Below the pieces are notes generated by a model that saw only the letters and a program-made list of their open reading frames with translations, had not been told where the DNA came from and did not search any database. DNA of 64,000 bases from Eledone cirrhosa. Lineage: Eukaryota. Shown piece after piece: positions 12,818 through 24,832 of the stretch. Position 1 is the stretch's first letter. The number at the start of each line of letters is the position of its first letter. Made by a program: the position numbers and the translations under genes. The stretch spans positions 300,452,001-300,516,000 of the forward strand of contig OZ024740.1 in assembly GCA_964016885.1 (NCBI GenBank). The letters are read 5' to 3'.

Positions 12818-13765
12818 TTCACCACTGGATAGAATTGGTCAATCTCGATGTAATATTATGGAGAGTACTCAACGTAATGCAGCTCACTCGTCTTCGTTTG
12901 TGTAGTTGATGGTGCGAGTACGGAGTTAATTATTATAATAAAATAACAGGAGGCTGGACTTGTGTAAATCCTTGAAAGATTTATTATACTATGATCATTT
13001 CAATTACTGTGTTCCGTATGAATCCGGTGATATCATCAGGTATTCGAAATATAACATAGTAAAATAAACCTTTCAAGGATTTACACAAGTCCAGCCTCCT
13101 GTTATTTTATTATAATATATATATATATATATACATTATAATAAAATGGCAGCGTGGTAGTAGTAGGCATACTACGTTTACAACACCTCGTTCTCGCACC
13201 ACCAACAAGATTCAACGTCGAAGATGGATGGGTTGCATATTCATTTTATTCAGCTGGAAATCCACTGGATAGAACTTGTCATTCCCTATAGTCAACCATG
13301 ATGTATTATTAGGAAAAGCACTCGATGTTATGCAACCCATCTATCTTCGATGTTGAATCTTGTTGGTGGTGCGAGAACGGAGTTAATTTTTATTATTGAG
13401 TAAAATGACAGGAGGCCGGACCTGTGAAATTCCTGAAAAGATTTATCATGGCAAACACTATCTATATTTCAATAACCAAGTACCGTAAGTTCCTGGTGAC
13501 ACCATAACATGTTTATTGCATAATAGTTATATAATAAATGAATAATGGTAAACACAATCCAAGAGATTAAAAAACACAGAGTAAAATGTTTTTGACCCGA
13601 AGGCGTTCAGGGCCAGTTGTCAGTGTGGTGAGGATAATCTTCAATCTCGTCTTGCCGGTTTATTTAGGGGGCTGTATGCTTAGTATGCATACTACTCCTA
13701 CCCTGATGGTTGGGTTAGGGTGTTGTAAACGTAGTATGCCTACTACTACCACGCTGCCATTCATT
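12818..13765. repeat. Cluster of direct and inverted duplications around (TA)n, probably PLE pseudo-LTR debris
   Basis: 12930-12985 inverted with 13062-13117; 13145-13187 inverted with 13718-13761; 13189-13239 inverted with 13329-13379; 12819-12985 direct with 13261-13445. Confidence 0.75.
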
Positions 13766-14019
13766 GCTATTTGAACACCTAGTAGTGGTAAAGGGGATCA
13801 GGTTACATGAAAGTTTCAAATGGGGGTCGAGCTAAAGTTCTATAAAAATATAGTGGACGGAGGTAAATTCAGAACTAGAATATAAAACATTTTATAGTAG
13901 AATTTAAAGTTAAGATTAAAGATTAATAATGTAAAATTTAAGTTTAAAATTAAAGATTTAATTAAAGAATGATTAGAAGGAAGCATTTATGTAAAAATTA
14001 AATATATCTTTGATAGTAA

Positions 14020-14210
14020 TAATTGTTTCTACTTTTGGCACAAGGCCAGCAATTATCCCAGTGCATCACTAGTACTTTATTTTATCGACCCCGTAAGGAT
14101 GAAATGCAAAGTTAACCTCGGCAGGATTTGAACTCAAACCATAAAGGGCGTTAACTCTGTGTTGCAAAGCATGGCGTCCGACCCTCAACCGATACTGCCA
14201 ATGCACCGCG
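14020..14210 (-). mobile_element. tRNA-derived SINE with a Meta-like central domain (related copies at ~44600-44730, 63929-64000 and in the 5S spacers)
   Basis: The - strand reads GAGTTCAAATCC (B box) then GCCGAGGTTAACTTTGCATTTCATCCTTACGGGGTCGATAAATAAAGTAC. Domain name is from recall, not a search. Confidence 0.7.
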
Positions 14211-14942
14211 TTCAATCACTGTGTTTGTGACGTAGAGAAATGAGTGTGACTTGTCTTTAAAGGAGTGCGGTGTAGCGATCAATAACCAGTAAAGTGACGA
14301 TTTCCAGGTATACCCAAGCCTCAAGGGCCTACCAACTGTTCCGAGTATTTTCGTCTCAGAATGAAAGGGAAATTTATTTTTCCAAGCACACCAGGAAGGT
14401 GGAGAGAGCCAAGTGTTGCGAGTGCAAGTAGGAAAGCCGGCATTATCAGTCGTTTGTCCAACGTATACCAATTGATTTCAATGGTACGAAAGCTTAAATG
14501 CAGTAAAATGTAATGAAATAGGGAAAGAAACTATACTTAATTTCAAGCTAACCTGGGTTCTATGTGTTGTTCAGTTTTGAATTCACATGGTATATAATCC
14601 CATCCCACACTATAATAAGTATAGGTGAGACACAAATATATACCTTAATACTACAACGCACTTATGTCTCTATGTAATTATTGTATGGGAACTACATCGC
14701 ATGGTACATGTTGAGTGAATCCTAAGTGGATCCATACATACATTCATAATTGTGGGGTCATCGAATTAAATCACTAGAAATGCACTGGGTTCGATTCCAT
14801 TGATTTTCATCCACTTGCTCCTAAATCAGGAACCATCATTTTAACACCTAGATTGAACGGTTATTATAACATTTATTACCAAAGAAAAGTCCATATTGCG
14901 TTGATTTATAGTACAAAGACATTAAAATGAGGGTAGATTGTC

Positions 14943-15061
14943 GTTTACGACCATATTACGCTGAAAACAGTGGTTCTACTACGATCACAGAAGTTAAGCA
15001 ACGTCGAGTCAACTTACTACTTGCGTGGTTGACCGCTTGGGAAACCTCGGCGCTGTAAGAA
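14943..15061 (+). pseudogene. Degenerate 5S rRNA copy
   Basis: 119 nt, GTTTACGACCATATTACGCTGAAAAC...CGATCACAGAAGTTAAGCAACGTCGAG...TGACCGCTTGGGAA...GCTGTAAG, followed by T-runs. Confidence 0.88.
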
Positions 15062-15339
15062 CTCCCTTTTATTTTTATTTAATAAATTCTTTCAACTTTA
15101 CCCTATGCATGTACTATACTATTTTAAATATATCCAATTTCGTAGATAAAACATGTTCAATCACACACCCACATATATACATGAACCCCCCCCCCCCCTA
15201 CATATATATATGTATTATATGTACGTCTTTTTCATGTTTCAATATTAAGGTATATAAATATTGAGTTTTGTCATATATTTCTCACTACCATGACTGAATC
15301 TTAACCATCTACTATGTCAGGGTATGTCATGCATCATCT

Positions 15340-15406
15340 TATTTTATCTGATGAGGACGTACTGTGGAAGTTAACTCAGTACCTCTGAAATATGTATAAT
15401 AAAATA
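15340..15406 (+). ncRNA. Type I hammerhead ribozyme with canonical core
   Basis: Stem I TATTTTAT/ATAAAATA; CTGATGA; stem II GGA-c-GTACTG...CAGTAC-c-TCT; GAAA; stem III ATA-tg-TAT; cleavage triplet AUA ending at 15398. Confidence 0.72.
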
Positions 15407-15542
15407 TACTTGATCACAAGCATATCTATTTTGTTAATATTTTGAATTAATATTAATAACTCCGAAAACCATTTTTGTTGAGTGCTTCCAATCTATTGTA
15501 AAACTCATTCTTTGATTTATTCATTGAACCTTGTTTAACCTT

Positions 15543-15575
<33 letters not shown>

Positions 15576-15730
15576 CTCCTAATACAGTCGTCAAGCACTC
15601 TCCGATCTCAGTCGTTCCCTCTCAATCTCTCGCTCTCTCTCTATGTATATTTAGGACCGATCGACTTTCGTCAAATCGGACCGAGGGAACAATGTTTCCG
15701 TTGGTCTTTCCAATTGCTAATACTATCTAT

Positions 15731-15870
15731 TGGTCGCAACACCAGGTAGAAGGAGCAACGTGAAATAAAGAGTTTCTTGCTTAAGGACATAACGCATCGC
15801 CTGGTCCAGGAATCGAACTCACAACCTTACGATTGCGAATCCAATTCTCTAACCACTCAGCCACACGCCT
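15731..15870 (-). mobile_element. tRNA-derived SINE head with V/CORE-like domain; inverted duplicate at 17673-17777
   Basis: A box TGGCTGAGTGG and B box GAGTTCGATTCC, then TGTCCTTAAGCAAG...TTTATTTCACGTTGCTCC. Confidence 0.75.
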
Positions 15871-16368
15871 TCTGTATGTATATATATGTTTGTAAACAAA
15901 CATTCATTTCATTCTGACGTCACTAGCCCCGTTTTTCCTCATGTGCGTTTTTCATAATCACGCATGATGGTGAACTAGCCAGTTTTAAAATTCCCTTTTT
16001 GGCTTATAAATCTGTGAGAGTCCTGGTTATCTGATTGAGCTCTGCTGACGATTGAAATCCAACCGTGACCATCTCCACTGAAAGTTTTCATGAAATAGTC
16101 TTTAAGACTATACAGAGCATTTGATGTTTTTCCAAATTGAAAGATAAGTATTTTAGACTTTATTTTATCATGAGTTAAGGCTCTATTGATTTTTCCTTGG
16201 ATTTCACTAAATTCTGTGGATGAATTTATATCCTGATTCTCTTTTGAGATGAGTTTGAATTATTTTTCCTACATCTTACGTTAACTATTTTTCCCATCTT
16301 GACGCCATATTCGCATATATGTTATGGAATACTGTTAGCTTCTCGCTACAACAATTTCTATACCTTTC

Positions 16369-16445
<77 letters not shown>

Positions 16446-16460
16446 CATACATATATATAT

Positions 16461-17635
16461 ATTGTTATACTTGGGGAGGGTCACATTTGTGTAATATTGC
16501 CAGAATTAATAACAGAACAAATTCACTGTTTGGTTGGTTTTCGCTTCTCACTGTCTTTTATATCGGTAATCTAACTTACTCGGTCCTCAATGTTGCCATT
16601 GACTGACCGACGCTCAAAAATAATACGGATACAATATAGACACAAACACATATATATAGTTTATCATAAATCTTTCGTTGCACATCTGCAACATCGTCAG
16701 TGGTGTTATATTTTCCTCCTGTTGTGTTGTATGTCTACGCCATTTTTATTCAGTCTGTCTATCTATTTATTTATTTATTTGCTTGTTTGTTAATTTTTTT
16801 TGTTTCGTCTTCTTTGCGCATGCGTTTGCGTGTGTGTATAGTGTTATGTTTGCTGTGTGATGGGTGACTAGTGTGTGCTTATGTGCTTGTTGTTATTGTG
16901 CTTGTGTATGTATTTATTTATTTATTTATCTTATTTTATTTACTTATTTATACTTCTCTTAGGTCAGTGTTGTTTGTTTGGGTGTTGTTGATATTCCATT
17001 CATTCTTTCTGTTTAGCTTTGGTCTTCTAATTTCTATTTCACTGGCCTCTCTGATTTGCCTATCTGCTGGGTCATTTCTATGTTTAGATATTATTCTAAT
17101 TTCTATGTTGTCTATGTTACCGTCATGTTGTTGTCTAGCATGTTCGTATAGTACTGACCCGTTTTTTCGTCCTTTTAGTTCCCCCCAGTGTTGGTCTATC
17201 CTTTCACCTATGCTACGAGCTGTCTCACCTATGTATGTTGTTGTCATGTTTCTGCAAGTACCCTCTGTACATCTTATGCTATAGCATAAATATATAGACA
17301 GACTGAATTAAAATGGCGTAGACATACAACACAACAGGAGGAAAATATAACACCACTGACGATGTTGCAGATGTGCAACGAAAGATTTATGATAAACTAT
17401 ATATATGTGTTTGTGTCTATATTGTATCTGTATTATTTTTGACCGTCGGTCAGTCAATGGCAACATTGAGGACCGAGTAAGTTAGATTACCGATATAAAA
17501 GACAGCGAGAAGCGAAAACCAACCAAACAGTGAGTGTGTTCTGTTATTAATTCTGGCAATATTACACAAATATGACCCTCCCCAAGTATAGCAATATTTG
17601 TTTCGACACACGATTTCATATAAAAAACCTCGCAA

Positions 17636-17637
<2 letters not shown>
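16461..17637 (-). mobile_element. Short 5'-truncated PLE: GIY-YIG remnant with inverted pseudo-LTRs (16461-16768 / 17288-17595) between (TA)n tracts
   Basis: YSIRCTEGTC...YIGETARSIGERIDQH...RQIREASEI...LN (16948-17285); ~305-bp inverted arms. Confidence 0.88.
17354..17391 (+). ncRNA. Minimal type I hammerhead in the PLE pseudo-LTR; mirror copy at 16665-16702 (-)
   Basis: CA-CTGACGA-T-GTTGCA gatg TGCAAC-GAAA-GATT-T-A-TG; extra U after A9; near-palindromic stem III AGATTT. Confidence 0.72.
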
Positions 17638-17673
<36 letters not shown>

Positions 17674-18462
17674 GCAATCGTAAGGTTGTGAGTTCGATTC
17701 CTGGACCAGGCGATGCGTTATGTCCTTGAGCAAAACACTTTATTTCACGTTGCTCCTTCAACCTGGAGTTGGGACCATTACAAGAAAATTATATCTCACT
17801 GCCTTCTTTGTATCGAAATTACCTTCCGAAGCTTAGGTGGATTATAGCACAAAATAAAAATCACTAGTTCCACGGTCAGCCACACGGTTCAAATTCCTTA
17901 ACACATAGTTGCAGAGTAATCTTCTTAAATTCTTAGCCATTCACCAATAGCATTATGTATAGCTTTACATGCACTTAAACACGAAATAGTATATAAACAC
18001 GTACACATAACTACAAACAAACAAATACATCACTATCCCACTCTACCGTTACATATTTTATACATATATGTAGTGAAAGTGTGTGTGTGTGTGTGTGTAC
18101 GTGCTTGTGTGTGTGAAAGAGAGAGAGAGAGAGAGAGATGAAGAGAGAGAGAGTGAGAGAGAGGGAGAGAGAGAGAGTGAGAGAGAGAGATAGAGGGGGG
18201 GAGAGAGAGAGAAATAAGTATGAAGGGCGTAGCTAACCACGGTGGGATCTGAAATAAGTAGGACGTAAAGGGACGTACATCTATACCACATAAATGTTAT
18301 ACATATATTATATATATATGTGTGCGTGGGGGGGGGGGGGCGTGCATGTATATGTGTGTGTTATTGAACATGTTTTATCTACGAAATTGGATATATTTAA
18401 AATAGTATTGTGCATGTATAGGGTAAAGTTGAAAGAATGTATTAAATAAAAATAAAAGGGAA

Positions 18463-18581
18463 TGCTTACAGCGCCTAGGTTTCCCAAGCGGTCAACCACG
18501 CAAATAGTAAGTTGACTCGATGTTGTTTAACTTCGGTGATCGGAGGTGAACCAGTGTTTTCAGTGTAATATGGTCGTAAAC
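18463..18581 (-). pseudogene. Degenerate 5S rRNA copy (inverted partner of 14943-15061)
   Basis: Reverse complement reads GTTTACGACCATATTACACTGAAAACACTGG...TGACCGCTTGGGAAACCTAGGCGCTGTAAGC. Confidence 0.88.
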
Positions 18582-18952
18582 GACAATCTACCCTCATGTT
18601 AATATCTTTGTACTATAAATCAACGCAATATGGACTTTTCTTTGGTAATACATGTTATAATAACCGTACAATCTAGGTGTTAAAATGATGGTTCCTGATT
18701 TAGGAGCAAGTGGATGAAAATAAATTGAATCGAAGCCAGTGCATTTCTTGTGATTTAATTCGATGACCCCCACAATTATGAAGGCTGAACCTAACCACGG
18801 CAGGGTCTGAACTCAGCAGAAAATAATGGGGCGTAATTCCATGCCGCATCATATTATCAAAAGCTCTACCGATACTGCGAATCCACGATAGTATTATGCA
18901 TGCACAAGGTAGAGTTGAAAGAATTTAATTTAAAAAATAAAAAACATGGAAA

Positions 18953-19071
18953 TGCTTACAGCACCTAGGTTTCCTAAACAGTCACACATATAATTACTAA
19001 CTAGGCTCGACGTTGATTAACTTCGATGATCGGACAAAAACCGGTGTTTTCAACGTTATATGGCCGTGAAC
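18953..19071 (-). pseudogene. Degenerate 5S rRNA copy, tandem unit 2
   Basis: Reverse complement reads GTTCACGGCCATATAACGTTGAAAACACCGG...CCGATCATCGAAGTTAATCAACGTCGAGCC...GGTGCTGTAAGC; 490 bp from the previous copy. Confidence 0.88.
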
Positions 19072-19432
19072 GAAATCCTACCCTCCATTTAACATATTTG
19101 TGCTATAAATCAACTGAATATGGACATTTCTTTAATAATAACCATTAGAACTCTTCAATCTGGGTGTTAAAATAATGTTTCCTAATTTGGGCATAAGTGA
19201 GTGAAATCAATTGAATCGAACCCAGGGCATTGCTTGTGATTTAATTCATCGACACCACAAGGATGAACGGTGAAGCTAACCACGGCAAGATCTGAACTCA
19301 GCAGAAAGTAAAGGGGCGTAACTCTATTCCACATACATGCTGTCCAAAGCTCTAGCGATACTTCCAATCTACAATAGTATTGTGCATGCACAGTTGAAAG
19401 AATTTATTTAATAAAATATAAATTAAAATAAA

Positions 19433-19549
19433 TGATTACAGCACCTATGTCTCCCAGCGGTCACCCATCTAAGTACTGACTTGACGCTATGTCGCTTAAT
19501 TCGTTAATCAGCCCAGAACCGGTGTTTTCAGCGTGATATAGCCGTAAAT
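19433..19549 (-). pseudogene. Degenerate 5S rRNA copy, tandem unit 3
   Basis: Reverse complement contains TACGGCTATATCACGCTGAAAACACCGGTTCT...AGTACTTAGATGGGTGACCGCTGGGA...GGTGCTGTAA. Confidence 0.85.
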
Positions 19550-20949
19550 GAAATTCTGCTCTCAATTTAACACTTTTGTACTATATATCATCTCAACATG
19601 AACTTTTCCTTTATAATATTTTAAATATTTTAATTTTCTATTAAAAATTGTAATTCCTTCCAACGATAGAAGAGAGTATTTTAAAGCCATTCACGTTGCT
19701 TAATAAACTTTCTCATTTCCATCACGTAACTTTCAAATGAGCAGCTCACATTATTCCTCCGAAAGTGTTGTATTCCCGTCGATATTACTAACTTTTTGTT
19801 CATATAACTTTAGACAGATAACGACGTACGATGTCCATTACTCTGCAATCTTTCCCGGTTTGTTATTATACATGTTGGTCTTGTCCAATTCGTACGCCTG
19901 TAAAGACATGTAGTCGTGTTATCTGCTAGAAAAAGCAGCCAAATCTGAGTTGAATAAATAGTTTCTAGAGTAAATACGAGGGTCACTGCTACCGTAGCGG
20001 ACCAATAAAAAAATTGAAATATCGGAAATTATCGACAAAATATCGTTACTTGACAAAGTGCGTAACTCGGATATCAGAGACCCGCTACTATGGGCATATG
20101 GGTTAGAATGTCTCAGGAAAGGACCCCTGGACAGATTTTATGGGCAAATCCAACCAACTGGACAGCAAGAGGTAGAGACCGTGCAAGATGTTTGCATAAC
20201 ATCCACCGAGAAAAATATAGTTAAATCTGACATACATATGAATTAACCTTAGCTCACGAATTAATTTCAAAATCATTATTAAAACATTGCATAAGTTCTG
20301 TTTATTAATAGCCATCACACATTTTCCTGGATTATATATACTGTTCGATACGTCTATGATGTCTTTATAAAGTCGAGTCTGTTCAATTATTTACCCTGAA
20401 TAACCATATGATGTTTCTTACGAATGAATCTTAAATATATTAAAATTTTCACGTCCCTAGTGAAAATAACACAACAGATTTGCACGTCTAACTTAGAATT
20501 GCTCTAAACATTATACACGCATTGCTATTTAGTTAAAAATCATAGCGTTTAAAACGCATAGAGTTACATGATTTTGTTTCATATACAACCATATATATGA
20601 TCGTTGTTTTACGATATTAGGTGCTTGAATTTAAATATAAAAGCCTTATTATGAACATACAATTTAAGAAATATATATATATATTCTCTTTTACCTGTTT
20701 CAGCCATCCGGCTGAGGCCATGCTGGGGCACTGTTCGTTTTTGAATTTGTTTAGCAAGATTCTTTATCTGAAAACGTGTGTTGAAACCGATAATGTTATG
20801 CTTTGGGGGGGTTATGTTGCCAATAAGAAACACACGCACCAGTTGCTTTCTCTCCAATTTATTAAAAATTAAATTTATAAAATTAAGAATTTATAAATTT
20901 CCGTTTGGTTGGTTGGTTCCATAACCGGACGGTTGTTCATATATTTTCA

Positions 20950-21375
20950 AAGAAAATACCACGGAGGCGGAGGGGGTATTTATATCGAAGGGGACAGCTG
21001 GAAAGCTTCCATTACTCATACTTCTCGCCTCCTTCACCACCTCTTCTACGGCTTCGATATAAATACCCCCTCCGCCTCCGTGGTATTTTCTTCGGGGTTA
21101 TAAGAGGCTTAGCTCTGTTTCTCGACCGTTATATCGCGTGAGTATCTCCCCCTCCGCCTTTTGGGATTCTTTCTCACGTCGTGTAGACGCGTTCTTGAGA
21201 CTAGTAAAATGAGGTATCCTCTTGATAAGTCGGCAGACCTCGCAAGGACTCTATATCTTTATGATATATTGTTTTTGTTTATGCCACGAAATTACGTAGT
21301 CGAGGAATCTAGAAGCAGTTTAGGTATGATACATTTTATTACTAATTATATCTAAATGTTTCTTCTCTCTTCATA

Positions 21376-21377
<2 letters not shown>
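20950..21377 (+). mobile_element. 5'-truncated copy of the 592-bp hammerhead repeat family, with a 41-bp inverted leader, ending at (TA)n
   Basis: 20997-21377 matches 50067-50447; 20950-20990 is the reverse complement of 21052-21092. Confidence 0.85.
21217..21306 (+). ncRNA. Hammerhead ribozyme, U3-A8 core, long stem II (dispersed copy)
   Basis: TCCTC-TTGATAA-GTcGGCA...TGCCAC-GAAA-TTACGTAG-T-C-GAGGA. Confidence 0.72.
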
Positions 21378-21450
<73 letters not shown>

Positions 21451-21714
21451 TATATATAACACTCCAGTATTATAACTGTATCATTTGTCAATCTCTGTAG
21501 CTATAGAAATTAAATCTCTCGGAATCTTTAAAAATCATATTAGAATATATGTATGATCAGGCTGGAGATGCAGAAATTGCGCTTCATTGAATGGATTTTC
21601 TGTACTTAGTTTCTTTATTCTATTCAGAATTCGAACTAAACTTAGTCTAATTTACCATTAACTGACATATACTGAAGTTGATTTAATCGTTTATGAACGA
21701 CAACAGAACCCTCT

Positions 21715-22590
21715 GTGTTCAGAGAACGTGAGGCCAGCTGTGAGATGTGGGACCGGCTGGGACATGGCCCAGTAGACATCCCTCCTCCATCTCCTTCTGT
21801 TGACGTCAAGTCCTCCCAACGAGCTTGGGATGCAATTAAGTGCAGCCTGGTCTCAGACAGGCTCACGCGCCAGCTCGACCAGCACCGCCTTGCTTGTTTT
21901 CGTGCGGCCTCCAAATCCCAGAGTGGTGCCTAGCTTCATGCCCTGCCCTCCTTCTCCACTAGCATGAAGCTAGACAACCATAGCCTGCGCATCGGCGTTT
22001 CCCTGAGGTTCGGCCTCCTGATCTGCCAGCCACACCAATGTCGCTGCGGTTCCACCATGGACTCTTACGGCCTCCACCCGCTTTCCCGTCCCCACAGTGA
22101 CGGCCGGATTCCACGCCATGCTGCCCTCAACGATGTCATTAAGCATGGCTTGGACGCTGCAGGCTTCCCTTCCCAGATCGAGCCGGTGGGACTGGATCGA
22201 GGGGACGGCAAAAGACCAGATGGCATGATCATCTTCTCGTTCCGCAGTGGCAAACCCCTCGTCTGGGATGCCACGTGCACCGACACTTTCTGCAGCCGCA
22301 ACCTGGTGCAGTCTGCGACTGACCAAGGTTCTGCTACGCGTCGGGCTGAGGGGGCCAAACTCCTCAAATACCGGTCGCTTTCCGACAGGTTTGCGGTCCT
22401 ACCCCTGGCAGTGGAGACGTCTGGTGTCCTCGGCCCCAGTGCTACCTCCTTACTCACCACCATAGGCGCTGAGCTGGCCAGCCGCAGGTGTGAGTCCCGC
22501 GATTGGAGTGGCTTTTCCAGCGCGTCTCCTTTGCCGTTCTCCGGGGAAACGCCTTCTCCATTCTGTCCGCCGGGGCTGTGGGTGGGCCCC
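21715..22590 (+). mobile_element. 3' fragment of a CRE-like RLE non-LTR retrotransposon (GC-rich island)
   Basis: ORF 21964..22653: LRFGL, CRCG...GLH zinc knuckle, RHAALND, KRPDG, VWDATC, AEGAKLLKY, PLAVETSG. This is a PD-(D/E)xK RLE in the CRE-type arrangement. Confidence 0.8.
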
Positions 22591-24832
22591 ATCGCGTCCC
22601 GTTGTAGTTGTTGTAGAAGAAAGAGGAATACAACAACTGGAAAATTTGATTAGAGAGGTTGTGTACAAAGTTCGTAATGTTTAAGGAATATGGAAAGCTA
22701 ATTCTTATCTTGAATATTATTGTATTATTGTGAAATAAATTACCAATGTTGCAGCATCAAAAGACAATTCAATTTCTAGAAGTGTATCATTATAACTTTG
22801 TCAAATAATTGTATGCTGTTGATAATTGGAACAGAACTAATATAAGAACACAAATTGTAGATCCCAGTTGATTTCTATGATTTCAGACTGCAAAATATGA
22901 AATTTATTTGAGTGAAACAAGTCACATAGCCACGATAACCTTTCAGTGGATATCTAACAGCCTAGCAATCTCCTTATATTTATACTTTATTATAGCCAAT
23001 CCCTTATACTAATATACTCTTTATCTGTGTTTAATATTCACTTCTAACAGCAACGATTTCTTAAATGTATTGTGACAACCAGATGTGAATACAGTTTATG
23101 TGTACAAATACCATAATAAATGTCATACCAATTCAACCAAATCTATGCCAAATATTTCATTTCCACGTATCAGATTAGAAATTGAACAATATGTAAGTGA
23201 ATACAATAACTTATATATCATTAACGTATATAGTTTAAAGGCCAAATTTAACTTACATTTTTAGGGATCGGTATGAGAACTCGGGTTCCACATATTTATT
23301 CCACATATAGACACAAAGAAAAATCATCAGCCTGGAGGATTTCATTTATACACTCGTCTCAAGTTAACTTTAACGCAAACGTAAACTCTAGGAAATATAT
23401 TACTCAGCGTTAATCAATTATATAACTGGAATATATTAAGCTATCGGTGAATCTCCAGTAAGTTGAGCATTCTAGACGTTATAATACATTCCCAAGGACG
23501 TTAAATTATTTATTGAACTAAGCAAAATAAAGTTGGTATGCTGGATAAAAAGGCAACAGAATGATATTTTGGTCTACAGATTCCAAGTTGAAAGTGTGTT
23601 GAAATAAAACTGCGGGATTATTCAGAAGCAGCAACAGTAACAGCAATGTGGATACTTTCGTCGTGCACAATAACAGTAATAACACCGATAACTAGAGCGA
23701 AGTCCATTATTCTTAGAATAATCCTAATTACAGATATTACATTCGAATACAAGTTAGAAACAAATATCTCATATTAGTTGAAGTGATAATTTATTTTTAA
23801 ATTACCTTCTGTAAACTTCTGAAAATTAACAAAAATAATGATTACAAAATATATTATTTGCATCTTTGTGCTCCGAAGTGCTAAATTCGATTTTATTTAA
23901 GCTTCTTTGTTTTAAAGAACTTTCAGTGAGATTTAAAATGTTCTCTTTCATTTTATTTCGCTATCCACCTTGCGGCAATATATTACACATTAACTAACAC
24001 CTTAAGTCCACTAAACCACGTTCAAGATAATACTCCGTGTTATAAAGAACAATTACTCTAGAATATAGTAGAGTAGTTAAATTATTATGTGAAAATATGT
24101 GTCAAAATACTGTAATACCTTATAATAGTAAAATAATCTTGTAATATTGAACTCTTAAATATTTCTCTAAAAGCAATGTTATGATATTGCAACAATTATT
24201 GAAGGAGGATCAAGCAGAAGCAGCTAAAACAATATTGAAGATAACACATATAAAATATTTTAGTCTGGAATCATCATAATATATATACCTCAATAATTGT
24301 AATACAAGCTGGCTTATTTACGCTCAGTGGGCTCTAAGCTATAACAATATTAAATATTTCTTATATTCCTTTATATCCCCAAATCTAACTCCATAGTACC
24401 TTTTTGTAACCTTATTTATCAATGTAAATATCCCTTGCCTCCTTCTTGCTGTATGTGTTGGACATCTTGAAATGATAAAGCCATGCGTTAATTGTTATAT
24501 AAGATTATGCACGCCCGAATAAACATGTGTAGTCACACACATATACGCTTCTACTGGATATTAATAATGTGCTCGCATTCCAAAAGTTGTTTGAACAATA
24601 TAGGTCGTACTGCCATTATATATTGAGTATTTGGGAACCTAATAACGACGTACCTGAGTGCTGAAACGTTTCTGCGTTTGGGTTGAAGAAAATGCAGGAG
24701 GATCAGTTAATTATGATTCTATCCACCATATTGCCCTCTCAGACCCACACATTTATTGCAGCGATCCTACCTCTCTTGTAAATATAACTGCTCTCCCCTT
24801 TTGCAATACCCTTAAGCCATGTAATTTTACTT

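Noticed and set aside
14943-19549. Functional 5S rRNA genes
   Set aside because: The copies differ substantially from each other and from the conserved metazoan 5S, including in paired and promoter regions; called pseudogenes.
19975-20100. TACGAGGG mariner-like TIR start
   Set aside because: No matching second TIR or transposase remnant found.
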